Of a stretch of 64,000 bases of DNA, positions 1 to 8,690 are shown in pieces. Each line of letters starts with the position of its first letter. Positions within the stretch are counted from its first letter, which is position 1. The notes beneath the pieces were generated by a model. It saw only the letters and a program-made list of their open reading frames with translations. It had not been told where the DNA came from and made no database searches. Source of the DNA: an uncultured Gammaproteobacteria bacterium (GTDB lineage Bacteria; Patescibacteriota; Microgenomatia; UBA8517). The stretch spans positions 3,934-67,933 of the forward strand of contig CAZYCE010000004.1 in the NCBI GenBank assembly GCA_964645605.1, written 5' to 3'. Position numbers and translations under genes: made by a program.

Positions 1-100
1 TTTAACACATCCCATTAGAGAGCTTGTGCCTCTAACGGGACAAAGAAAAACCACTTATTACATCCTAAGGAGTGATCCATCAAATTTCCTAACAAAGGGA

Positions 101-1096
101 TTAAAGGCGGTTTCTAATGGTGATATTCCACTCTTCCCTATGCTTATCGACAAAATTATTAAACTTACCAAATTTTTGATATTTATGTAGTCTCCCCGTA
201 AGAAGTTCATTCACTAAATTTCTGGTTTCTTCGATTCTGCCTTCCAGCTCTTCCGGAGTATCTCCGATAATTCCTATGTAGTCACTAAATAGATGAAACA
301 TATCCCAGGTAACTATTCTTCTTACCAAAAATTTATAAAAACTGTCATTAGAATACTCGGTGCCTCTTCTGGCGATTGGCAAGCCGATTTTATCTCTCAA
401 CTCAAGTTTCTTCTTTTGATCCTCTATTTTTTCCTTTTCTTTGTGGTAACGGTAAAAACGGTCATTTAGTCTTCTACCGACATCCATAATCATTGCTTCC
501 GGATCCTTTTCGGATTTAAGTCTCGACTGATACTCACCCGATTGCCTATTCTGAAACAAATCCGGCTGGACAAAATACTCACCATCTTTCACGGTTTTCT
601 TTGAGTTTCTATGTTTTTTCAATTCGGTAGAAGTGTAAAGCGGATTTTTCTCTGAGTTTCCGCGTCTTAGGGCTATTTCATTCTCTCTGGCAAATATTTT
701 CTTTTCCAATTCGGGATCTTCAGCAACTTTTTTCTCAAATGAAGTAATTTTAGCTTTATACTCTTCACCTAAATCCTCAAATCTCACCCTGCCTAAACGA
801 ATAAGAGCCAAGACCTCTATGGGGCCACCATCCTCAGTTTTGACGGGTTTATCATCCGCCTTTTTGGAATAATTCTCCATCTCTCTATAAACATCATTTC
901 TGAAGTTTTCATTGTCTTCCATAAGTCCCCCGGGGCCATAAAAATTGAGAAACATTCGGTCATTTTCACCCAAATCCTCTTCTTTTATTTTTCCCAGAAG
1001 ACTTAAGGCCACAATTTGTGCGGGGTTTGGTTGGTTGCCCTCGCCCTGACGCTCAGGATTTGCCATATTTTTCTTTCCTGCCCGTATTATAGCCAA
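101..1096 (-). CDS. hypothetical protein, highly charged (K/E/R-rich)
   Basis: Intact 331-aa ORF; no recognisable catalytic motif by eye. Confidence 0.35.
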   Translation of the reverse strand: MAIIRAGKKNMANPERQGEGNQPNPAQIVALSLLGKIKEEDLGENDRMFLNFYGPGGLMEDNENFRNDVYREMENYSKKADDKPVKTEDGGPIEVLALIRLGRVRFEDLGEEYKAKITSFEKKVAEDPELEKKIFARENEIALRRGNSEKNPLYTSTELKKHRNSKKTVKDGEYFVQPDLFQNRQSGEYQSRLKSEKDPEAMIMDVGRRLNDRFYRYHKEKEKIEDQKKKLELRDKIGLPIARRGTEYSNDSFYKFLVRRIVTWDMFHLFSDYIGIIGDTPEELEGRIEETRNLVNELLTGRLHKYQKFGKFNNFVDKHREEWNITIRNRL

Positions 1097-1128
1097 TTTT
1101 TAGGCTAATTCAATTTTTAAAACAAAAA

Positions 1129-1179
1129 ACCGGAGATAACTACATCTTTTAAAAACAAAGATGAAGCTAGAGCTCCGGT
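1129..1179 (-). terminator. hairpin (ACCGGAG...CUCCGGU with inner AUCUU/AAGAU stem) followed by a U-run on the minus strand, downstream of the SLT gene
   Basis: Inverted repeat read directly; the long loop makes a canonical intrinsic terminator uncertain. Confidence 0.35.
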
Positions 1180-1203
1180 ATTTAGAAAAACTTATTTCAA
1201 AAA

Positions 1204-1614
1204 CTATGTATCAGGAGATAAATTCTCCCGAATTGTTAACACCTTATCGGCATATTGGTATCCAACCCCTGATGGTCCATATGCCATTAAGGCGTCCCTT
1301 TCGGATCCATATTTGCCAATTAATCCCGCAAGCATTTTACAGCCAAAATTGACATTAAACTCAGGATCTTTTAGTTCTTCTATACCCGGTCTTCCTGCAA
1401 AACAGGGTCCGTTAATACATTGAAAGGTGGATGCAATTCCATCTTTCGGCATCACTTGCATAAGCCCAACGGCACCTGCAGAGGAAATTACTTCAGGTTG
1501 TCCGCCGGATTCTACAAGTATCAGTGCAGAAACTAGGTATGGATCCAATTCGTATTTATTTGAATACGAATCTATAAGTCCACACCATGACAAAAGTTTC
1601 TCCGGAAGGTCCAT
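1204..1614 (-). CDS. lytic transglycosylase (SLT domain) family protein
   Basis: ES-GG-QP ... GLMQV ... AYG motif spacing typical of SLT/lysozyme-like catalytic domain. Confidence 0.7.
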   Translation of the reverse strand: MDLPEKLLSWCGLIDSYSNKYELDPYLVSALILVESGGQPEVISSAGAVGLMQVMPKDGIASTFQCINGPCFAGRPGIEELKDPEFNVNFGCKMLAGLIGKYGSERDALMAYGPSGVGYQYADKVLTIRENLSPDT

Positions 1615-1676
1615 GGAACAACTTTCGGAAGGACTTCTCGCCTCAACCGATTCTTCAGTCTCTATGGCTGAGGCTC

Positions 1677-2084
1677 CTAAGGTAAAGGGGCTTTTGCTCC
1701 TATAACACCCGAGGCAATATAGGCCGTTTTTCCATCAATACGGGCAAATATTCCACCCACATTTTGCAGTGAGTCGTCATTCGTGAAACACGCCGGTACC
1801 GTAACAGTCTGTCCTGCCAAGGTGCCGTCACCGTAAGAAACAATTGCCTCAATAATAAAAAATTGTTTAGATTCTGCCATGTTTGTCGCCATGGTATTCC
1901 TGACCAACACATACCCCTCTGGCGCCTTACAAGTGATCTCTTTTGTATTAGCTTTAACAAATTGACTCAGGATGCCGATTGCCACCGCTCCTACAATTAA
2001 AGTGGTGATAAACAAACCCCTCCACTTACGGATGCTTGATACGACATCCCTTTCCCTTTCCCTTCCTGTCTCTCTTGAACCCAT
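1677..2084 (-). CDS. hypothetical membrane-anchored protein (single N-terminal TM helix)
   Basis: Hydrophobic segment LFITTLIVGAVAIGIL after a charged N-terminus. Confidence 0.35.
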   Translation of the reverse strand: MGSRETGRERERDVVSSIRKWRGLFITTLIVGAVAIGILSQFVKANTKEITCKAPEGYVLVRNTMATNMAESKQFFIIEAIVSYGDGTLAGQTVTVPACFTNDDSLQNVGGIFARIDGKTAYIASGVIGAKAPLP

Positions 2085-2221
2085 TTCGTCCTCCTTTTAG
2101 ACTTTTTTATAGTTTTTGAAAATTTAATGTGCTAAAACTCACATTCTAAGCGCACGCCTAGATGGGTGGAATTCTAACACTATAGGGACCTTTAGTCAAC
2201 GTTATGGGATATGTTTTTTAA

Positions 2222-3244
2222 CTAACTGGCTACGGGGAACTGCACACAAAATTGACTGCCCTTACCAGGCTGACTTTTAACTTTTATCTCAACACCAAGC
2301 CTGTCTGCAACAGATTTGGCAATCGAAAGCCCTAGACCATAGCCTTCAACCGAGGATTTAGATCGGGCAGTGTCGGCTCTATAAAATCTGTCAAAAATGT
2401 GCGGCAGGTCCTTTTCCGCAATTCCGACTCCAAAATCACGGACTATAAAAGTTCCCTTCTTTGTTGTTGTAACTTCGATTTTTTTGGCCTTGCCCGAATA
2501 TTTAATTGCGTTCTCAACCAAAACACCCGTCAGCTCGGCTATGTATTCTTCATTACCTTTGATATCGACTTTTGAAAGTTTGGTTATAATTTTTATATTT
2601 TTCTGCGCTGCATACGGAGTTTTTTCCTTAACTACTTTGGAAATTACTGAGGCAAGATCCATTTTCTTTAGTTTTATATCCGCATCACCGCTTTCAAACC
2701 TGTGAAGTTTTAGTAGATAATTTGATAATTTTTGCATACTATTTACATCCTCTAGGTTGCTGGCAAGCAAAATTTTTGCATCTTTAACAGTCATTTTTTC
2801 ATCGCGAAGAGCCACCTCAATCTCGGTTTTCAGAGAAGTCAACGGAGTGCGAAGTTCATGGCTGGCATTGCTTATAAACTCCTTTTGTTCTTTGACCATT
2901 TTGGATATGGGATCGAGCGTCAGTCCCGCTAAAAAATATCCTCCAAGACCGGAAACAACCAATATCGCAAGATTCACAATAGCCAGAGAACAAACGATTC
3001 TTTTTCTTGCAAGCGCAAGGCTTTCAAGTCCTTGCGTTTCATTTCCCGGAGGGACAGGTAAACCTTGTTGTATTAGAAAAGTGTTAACCGAATCAACCCT
3101 CAGCTGGCGGATACGTTGGGCATTGTCAAAACGCATAAGCTCTTCGTTTGCGCCCATATAGACAGCCGCGGAAAATCCCAAACTTATGGTCATGATAATG
3201 ACCAAATACCAGCCGGTAAGTTTTAACCTGGCTTCTTCAAACAT
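2222..3244 (-). CDS. two-component sensor histidine kinase (membrane, HisKA + HATPase_c)
   Basis: H-box SNASHELRTPLTSL; N/G-box motifs (VENAIKYS, DFGVGI, GYGLGLSI); N-terminal TM helices; 3-nt gap to the downstream response regulator. Confidence 0.85.
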   Translation of the reverse strand: MFEEARLKLTGWYLVIIMTISLGFSAAVYMGANEELMRFDNAQRIRQLRVDSVNTFLIQQGLPVPPGNETQGLESLALARKRIVCSLAIVNLAILVVSGLGGYFLAGLTLDPISKMVKEQKEFISNASHELRTPLTSLKTEIEVALRDEKMTVKDAKILLASNLEDVNSMQKLSNYLLKLHRFESGDADIKLKKMDLASVISKVVKEKTPYAAQKNIKIITKLSKVDIKGNEEYIAELTGVLVENAIKYSGKAKKIEVTTTKKGTFIVRDFGVGIAEKDLPHIFDRFYRADTARSKSSVEGYGLGLSIAKSVADRLGVEIKVKSQPGKGSQFCVQFPVAS

Positions 3245-3246
3245 TT

Positions 3247-3900
3247 TTACCCCAATCTGTAGCCGAACCCTCGGATGGTTTTTATCAAACCTCCGCCAAT
3301 TTTATCACGAAGGTATCCCACAAAAACCTCAACGGTATTAGGCAAAATGTCCGATTCGTAATCCCACACGTGAGCGATAATATTCTCCTTGGAGACAACC
3401 CTACCCTGATTCCTCATTAAATATTCCAAAAGGGCAAATTCTTTCCTGGAAAGATCAATCACTCTCCCTGCCCTTTTTACCTCAAAAGTATTGGTGTTTA
3501 AAACAAGGTCTTTTACTTTAAGTTCGACGTCTTGGGTCTCTTTTGGTCTTCTGACCAAAGCCCTTACTCTGGCAAGAAGTTCTTCAAATGCGAAGGGTTT
3601 GACAAGATAGTCGTCAGCTCCGCTATTTAAGCCTTCAACCTTGTCGCTAACCTCTCCTCTGGCCGTAAGCATAAGAATCGGCACATGTTTTCCTTCCGCT
3701 CTTAATTTTTTACATATCTCCATGCCGTCCATCTTGGGAAGCATTAAATCAAGAACAATAGCGTCATAATCTTCAGAAGCTGCCAGATCGTATCCTTCCT
3801 CGCCGTCGTAGGCAACGTCAGTTGCCCAGGTCTCCTGTTCAAATCCCTTTTTTATTGAATTTGCAATCTTATGTTCATCCTCGATCACCAGTATTCTCAT
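3247..3900 (-). CDS. OmpR/PhoB-family response regulator (REC + winged-helix)
   Basis: MRILVIEDE...DLMLP...LMLTA REC motifs; C-terminal winged-helix ending GYRLG. Confidence 0.9.
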   Translation of the reverse strand: MRILVIEDEHKIANSIKKGFEQETWATDVAYDGEEGYDLAASEDYDAIVLDLMLPKMDGMEICKKLRAEGKHVPILMLTARGEVSDKVEGLNSGADDYLVKPFAFEELLARVRALVRRPKETQDVELKVKDLVLNTNTFEVKRAGRVIDLSRKEFALLEYLMRNQGRVVSKENIIAHVWDYESDILPNTVEVFVGYLRDKIGGGLIKTIRGFGYRLG

Positions 3901-4015
3901 TACAAAGAATTATTATACTCCCACGCTTAAAATTTGCTGAGGGTCGTTTACATAGCGAATATATATTGTTAAATCAAGTGTTGATTTTATTCTATTTTTT
4001 CGGGATGATTCTAGT

Positions 4016-4339
4016 ATGACAAAGTACAAGGAATACTTCGACAAAATGGTTTCGGAAAACAAAGATGTTTTTGATAAATTCACCCAAGCACATTTTGAGT
4101 ATTCCATCGACCAGAATAAAAACCAGGAAGAATTTAATAAAATCGGCGAAGAAGTACTTAAAATAATCCACGAATGGGAAGACAGGCTTTGTAAACATTC
4201 CGAAAGCGCCGGATTCGGCAAATACACATCAAATTTGGCAGAAAAATTTCAGGCTGAAATCAAAAGTCACTTTCCTCTAATTGATCACGTAGGAATAGTC
4301 ATCGACAAATTTTCAATCAAAAAAATTAAGCTGCATTAA
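4016..4339 (+). CDS. hypothetical small protein, divergent from the two-component operon
   Basis: 107-aa ORF with good coding composition; no motif recognised. Confidence 0.3.
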   Translation: MTKYKEYFDKMVSENKDVFDKFTQAHFEYSIDQNKNQEEFNKIGEEVLKIIHEWEDRLCKHSESAGFGKYTSNLAEKFQAEIKSHFPLIDHVGIVIDKFSIKKIKLH

Positions 4340-4361
4340 TACTCCGACAAATTTGTAAGTT

Positions 4362-5021
4362 TTAGAGTACCAGAAGAATAGACCCGATTATGACCAGTAT
4401 TCCGACTCCCGCGCCAACTATTGTCGGCCAACTGGTGCCTGAAACAGGAATGGGTGCCAGAGTTGCCGAAGGCGTCCCGGTGGGGGTAGCCGTTCCCAAA
4501 GACGGCGAGCCGGAAGGATTTGCTGTCGAGGTTGCCGTGGGGGTTGCGTCGGGGGTATCGGTAGGTGTTGGACTAACGTCCGGAGATTCTGTTGGGCTTG
4601 GGCTAGGCGTCGAGGTTGGGGTTGCTGTGGGAGAGGCACACAGGGTCACATCCGTCGTCCAAGCTGCTCCAAGTGATGGGCAACAATAAGTAGTGCCTCC
4701 ACAATCAGCGGTAGTCAATACATTAGCGATGGTCGAGCAGCTTATATCTTCGGGTGGTTCTCCATTTGCAACCGTGTTGCAACTTCGAAGAAGAGCCGAT
4801 TCCCCGGCTACAGGGCAAGCCTCAGCTGCAGGACAAACTAGGGCTTCCTCCGCTTTTTCTCTGATATCTTGTTGTTGTTTAACCAAATATACTCCTGCAG
4901 GGATACTTATTGCCAAAAACAAAACAATAAGCGCACTTATTATCAAACCGGTTTTACCTCCCTTTTTAGATTTAGTTGTAGTTACAACGCTAAAATTGCT
5001 TTGATTTGCCTGTTGTTCCAT
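4362..5021 (-). CDS. predicted cell-surface protein: N-terminal TM anchor, Cys-rich module, Pro/Thr-rich linker, C-terminal hydrophobic anchor
   Basis: N-terminal helix LIISALIVLFLAISIPAGVYL; nine Cys in about 70 aa; PTATPTSTPSPSPTESPDVSPTPTDTPDATPT linker; C-terminal WPTIVGAGVGILVIIGSILLVL. Confidence 0.5.
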   Translation of the reverse strand: MEQQANQSNFSVVTTTKSKKGGKTGLIISALIVLFLAISIPAGVYLVKQQQDIREKAEEALVCPAAEACPVAGESALLRSCNTVANGEPPEDISCSTIANVLTTADCGGTTYCCPSLGAAWTTDVTLCASPTATPTSTPSPSPTESPDVSPTPTDTPDATPTATSTANPSGSPSLGTATPTGTPSATLAPIPVSGTSWPTIVGAGVGILVIIGSILLVL

Positions 5022-5038
5022 ATCTTAATATTATTATC

Positions 5039-5689
5039 TCACAATTGGTCTATGGCCGCCGGCGTAATTTCCGAAAACCCTTCAACCATAAGATCGGCTT
5101 TAGATAAAGAAGCTTTATCTTTTTCGCTTCCAAAAAGCGCAATTACTTTCATTCCTGCACGTTTGGCAGCGATAACTCCCGCAACGGAATCCTCAATTAT
5201 CAAGCATTTATCTCTGTCCACACCCAATTTATCAGCACTCAGCGTAAAAATGTCCGGATCCGGTTTGTTGTAAACAACCTCCTCGCAGGTAGTCACCGCA
5301 TCAAATACGCCCTGTAGATTGGTGGCACTTAAAATCCTATCGGTTTGTTCCCATGTGTTTGATGTCGCCAGTCCGATTTTTATTCCGCTTTTTTTAAGTT
5401 TATCTAAAAATTCATCAAATCCGGGTCTCACATTTACTTCACTTATCAACTTCAAATATTCTTTCTGTGTTTCGTCCGCGAGCATGAATGAATTTTTCTT
5501 CGTATTTATGGAGTATTTTTTGATAAAAATGTCCCAGTTTTCCTTTATACCGATTCCCCTTTCCTGAGGATACTCGGTTCTTGAATTTACCCCAAGGCTT
5601 CTTAAAACTGTATTAAAAGCCTTGCCGTACTCATCTTCGTCTTCCAAAACGGTACCATTTAAATCAAAGATAACGGCAGAGATTCGCAT
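5039..5689 (-). CDS. HAD-superfamily hydrolase (beta-phosphoglucomutase-like subfamily IA)
   Basis: N-terminal DxNGT motif (VIFDLNGTVL); Rossmannoid HAD signatures (GLATSN, KPDPDIF, EDSVAGV). Confidence 0.7.
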   Translation of the reverse strand: MRISAVIFDLNGTVLEDEDEYGKAFNTVLRSLGVNSRTEYPQERGIGIKENWDIFIKKYSINTKKNSFMLADETQKEYLKLISEVNVRPGFDEFLDKLKKSGIKIGLATSNTWEQTDRILSATNLQGVFDAVTTCEEVVYNKPDPDIFTLSADKLGVDRDKCLIIEDSVAGVIAAKRAGMKVIALFGSEKDKASLSKADLMVEGFSEITPAAIDQL

Positions 5690-5692
5690 AGG

Positions 5693-7051
5693 CTATTTTA
5701 ACTGCTCATCATTAATATTAAAACCCCTGGAGATAATCCGGTCCCGGATTTTGTCGGCTTCTTCAAACTCCCCTTCTTTCCTCAACTGTTCCCTTTTTTG
5801 CATCAATTCCTGGATTTCGTTTGGAATTTGTAATTTTGAACTTGTGATTTCGGACAATTTTAGTCCGAGAATTTCGTCAAAGGTCGCAGCCAAATCATAT
5901 TTATCAGCTGAGGGAATATTACTTTTAAGCATTTTCCAAAGTACCGCCAAAGCTTTAGGGGTACCGAGATCGTCGCTTAATGCCCCTATAAACTCATTGC
6001 GGAATCCCTCGATTTTCTCTTCCTTTTCTTCAGACAACACGGTCCTACTGGTTTCACCTTTCAAGGAATTTACTTGGCTACGGAGCCTCTCCAAAGCGTT
6101 TTGCGCAGCTTGTAGGGAATCCCAGGTAAAATTTATCGTGTCGCGGTAGTGGGCACCCAGGAACAAATATCTGAGAGCTAAAGGATCATATCCTTTTTTA
6201 ACAATATCGTCTATGGTATAGAAATTGCCCAGACTTTTGCTCATCTTTCTACCGTCGACCATCAAAAAAGCCGTATGCAGCCAATATCTTACAAACGGCT
6301 TTTTGCCGGACGATGCTTCCATTTGGGCTATTTCAGCCTCGTGATGCGGAATTATAAGGTCAACTGCTCCTCCATGGATTTCGTATTGAGGCCCGAAAAA
6401 TGTCTCCGCAATCGCAGTGTCTTCGATATGCCATCCAGGCCTACCCTCTCCGATTTCAGTTTTCCATGACGGCTCATCGGGTTTTGAAAACTTCCATAAA
6501 CAAAAATCATTCCAACCCTTCTTTTGCTTGTTTTCATCTATCCGGGAAACCGAGTCGCCCTGTTTGAGTTCGGTTCTACCGGAAAGTTTTCCGTAGTCCG
6601 GAAACTTGGAAATTTCAAAATATATGCCGTCATCAGTAGTGTAGGCGTACCCTTTTTCGATTAGAATCTTAACTTGTTTGACAATCTGTTCTATATAGTC
6701 GGTTGCCCGCGCATATTCCGTAACGGAAGTATTATTGAGCCTCTGCATGTCCTCCATATAAAGTTTTTCGAACTTTTGAGATAGTTCTTTCCACCCGATA
6801 TTCGATTCCTTGGCGCGCGCCAGAATTTTATCGTCAATATCGGTGATGTTCTGAAGATAGAAAACATCAAAACCAACAAATCGCAGAAATCTGACCAAGA
6901 AGTCAAATTGTGTATAGGTTTTTGCGTGCCCGAGGTGGGAATAATCGTAAACCGTAGGTCCGCAAACAAAAAGATTAATCTTTTTGCTATTTATAGGTTC
7001 CAGCCTTTCTTTTTTTCTGCTTAGAGTGTTGGTTAAATAAATGTCAGTCAC
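5693..7051 (-). CDS. cysS: cysteinyl-tRNA synthetase
   Basis: CGPTVYD...HLGHAKTY (HIGH motif) and KMSKSLGN (KMSKS); length and order typical of CysRS; start codon is GTG. Confidence 0.95.
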   Translation of the reverse strand: MTDIYLTNTLSRKKERLEPINSKKINLFVCGPTVYDYSHLGHAKTYTQFDFLVRFLRFVGFDVFYLQNITDIDDKILARAKESNIGWKELSQKFEKLYMEDMQRLNNTSVTEYARATDYIEQIVKQVKILIEKGYAYTTDDGIYFEISKFPDYGKLSGRTELKQGDSVSRIDENKQKKGWNDFCLWKFSKPDEPSWKTEIGEGRPGWHIEDTAIAETFFGPQYEIHGGAVDLIIPHHEAEIAQMEASSGKKPFVRYWLHTAFLMVDGRKMSKSLGNFYTIDDIVKKGYDPLALRYLFLGAHYRDTINFTWDSLQAAQNALERLRSQVNSLKGETSRTVLSEEKEEKIEGFRNEFIGALSDDLGTPKALAVLWKMLKSNIPSADKYDLAATFDEILGLKLSEITSSKLQIPNEIQELMQKREQLRKEGEFEEADKIRDRIISRGFNINDEQLK

Positions 7052-7057
7052 GACCTA

Positions 7058-7086
7058 ATTGTAAGACACTGAGCGTAAAATTCCAA
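7058..7086 (-). promoter_or_regulatory. candidate sigma-70-like promoter for cysS (TTGGAA-17 nt-TACAAT); -10 lies only 6 nt from the GTG start
   Basis: Hexamers read on the minus strand; a leaderless transcript or an alternative start would be implied. Confidence 0.3.
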
Positions 7087-7188
7087 ATTATAAAATTTAA
7101 AGGGATGAAGCGAGGCGGGAGACCCTAACCCGAGCTTGTTGGCCAGCGGAATGGACTTACGGCTACCGAGTGGCAGGACCCTATTGTT

Positions 7189-7707
7189 TTAACCTGACGG
7201 TGGAATTGGTTTTTCAACTCTTGTCTGTTGTTTTTCCGCCTCATGTTTCTGCCCTGCTCCAAACCGGCGGCTGGGTTTACTGTGAATAGCAGGCACATCA
7301 CCCACACCCTCACTATACTGAGCTTCCTGTTTTCGGATTTTGAAAGCTTCCATTTGCGCTTTTAGAACCTGCTTCTCGTCTATAGAAAGCCCAGGATAGT
7401 CTTCAAGCGGAATGTTTTCCCCGCCGGAGATTTTTTTCTGCAAATCTTCAAGCAAACCCTGCTTTCTTATATCTTCGATTTCTTTTTGAAGCGCTCCGTA
7501 TATTCTTTGAGACTTTGCCTCATCCTTTCGGACTTCCTGATCCTGAGGTCCAGGGATATCCTCCTGGGGTTTTACTGCTTCCGTTTGGCCCGATATCTGT
7601 TCACCTGTTTCTTTCAGTATTTCGAAAGGTTCCTCGGCAATCTGTTTAGCTATCGTCCGGGCCAGATCACCCGAGGTCTTACCGGCTTGTTTGGCAGGAT
7701 TATTCAT
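7189..7707 (-). CDS. hypothetical acidic/charged protein
   Basis: 172-aa ORF; Q/E/K-rich with no recognisable domain. Confidence 0.35.
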   Translation of the reverse strand: MNNPAKQAGKTSGDLARTIAKQIAEEPFEILKETGEQISGQTEAVKPQEDIPGPQDQEVRKDEAKSQRIYGALQKEIEDIRKQGLLEDLQKKISGGENIPLEDYPGLSIDEKQVLKAQMEAFKIRKQEAQYSEGVGDVPAIHSKPSRRFGAGQKHEAEKQQTRVEKPIPPSG

Positions 7708-7747
7708 TTAATTTAAATTATTATCACGCACTAATACATCTTAAAAG

Positions 7748-8356
7748 TTATAATTCCCTACGTCCCTCTATTGCTTGAGTTAAAGTAGTCTCGTCAGCAT
7801 ATTCTAAATCGGCCCCCGTCGGAATCCCCATCCCGAGTCTGGTTACCCTCACCTCTTGTCTTTCACCTTTCAACCTTTTCGTAAGATACATTGCTGTTGC
7901 CTCTCCTTCCATTGTCGGATTTGTTGCAATTATTATTTCCCCGACATCATTTTTGCCCTTTTTCACCCGGTCCAGAAGATCCTGAATATAAATTTCATCC
8001 GGCCCGATATTTTCCAGAGGGTTAATGGCTCCGTGCAAAACATGATAAACACCTTTGAACTTGCCAGTTCTTTCAAAAGCCAGAACGTCCAGGGGTTCTT
8101 CAACCACCATAATAACCGAGTGATCTCGGGCCGTATCCGAGCAAATCGAGCAAGGGTCTGTTTCATTTACGTTTTTACAAACCGAGCAAAGAACCGTATC
8201 TTTTTTAAGTCTCGAAATATTCTCCGAAAAATCATCAAGCTGGACTTGGGGTACATGAAGCAGATAGTATGTCAGTCTTTGAGCCGATTTTGGTCCGACT
8301 CCGGGAAGTTTCTGAAAAGACTCGATCAAAGCTGCTATGGGACGGGCAATCTTCAT
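7748..8356 (-). CDS. recR: recombination protein RecR
   Basis: N-terminal HhH (LPGVGPKSAQRL); C4 zinc finger (CSVCKNV...CSICSD); Toprim region; conserved dnaX-ybaB-recR order. Confidence 0.9.
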   Translation of the reverse strand: MKIARPIAALIESFQKLPGVGPKSAQRLTYYLLHVPQVQLDDFSENISRLKKDTVLCSVCKNVNETDPCSICSDTARDHSVIMVVEEPLDVLAFERTGKFKGVYHVLHGAINPLENIGPDEIYIQDLLDRVKKGKNDVGEIIIATNPTMEGEATAMYLTKRLKGERQEVRVTRLGMGIPTGADLEYADETTLTQAIEGRREL

Positions 8357-8406
8357 ACAAGCATTTTAGCAGAATAAACAGATAATCAAATAACCCAATT
8401 GAAGTT

Positions 8407-8685
8407 TTATTTGCCGAGGCCGCCCAAGAGACCGCCCAAACCCCCGCCCATTTCCATCATCTTTTTCGCGGAATCTTTTTGGACTTTCTTCATGGCTTCA
8501 TTAATCAGGTCCGTCAGTTCTTTCATATCTTCCTCACCGTTTTTAATATACCGGATTTTTTGGTCCCCGGTCACGGATACCGTAAAGCCATGCCTTTCTT
8601 CTGTCTCGATTATTTTCTCAAGCTCTTTCTGAAGCTCTTTTGCCTGGCGCTGCATATTTGCCATACCTTTCATTTTGTCAAACAT
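8407..8685 (-). CDS. ybaB: nucleoid-associated protein YbaB/EbfC
   Basis: 92 aa, MANMQRQAKELQKELE..., Gly-rich C-terminus; sits between dnaX and recR. Confidence 0.85.
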   Translation of the reverse strand: MFDKMKGMANMQRQAKELQKELEKIIETEERHGFTVSVTGDQKIRYIKNGEEDMKELTDLINEAMKKVQKDSAKKMMEMGGGLGGLLGGLGK

Positions 8686-8690
8686 ATTTT

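Noticed and set aside
1161-1705. Plus-strand ORFs 1161-1352 and 1427-1705
   Set aside because: Antisense to the SLT-domain gene, which has clear catalytic motifs.
4390-5004. Three plus-strand ORFs (4390-4689, 4418-4639, 4693-5004) with Pro/Gly/Val-rich translations
   Set aside because: Antisense or alternate-frame artefacts of the PT-rich coding repeat in the surface-protein gene.
7093-7190. SRP (4.5S) RNA or tmRNA in the GC-rich block upstream of cysS
   Set aside because: No GGAA-tetraloop/AGCAGC domain-IV signature and no long terminal helix for SRP; no tRNA-like end or tag ORF for tmRNA.
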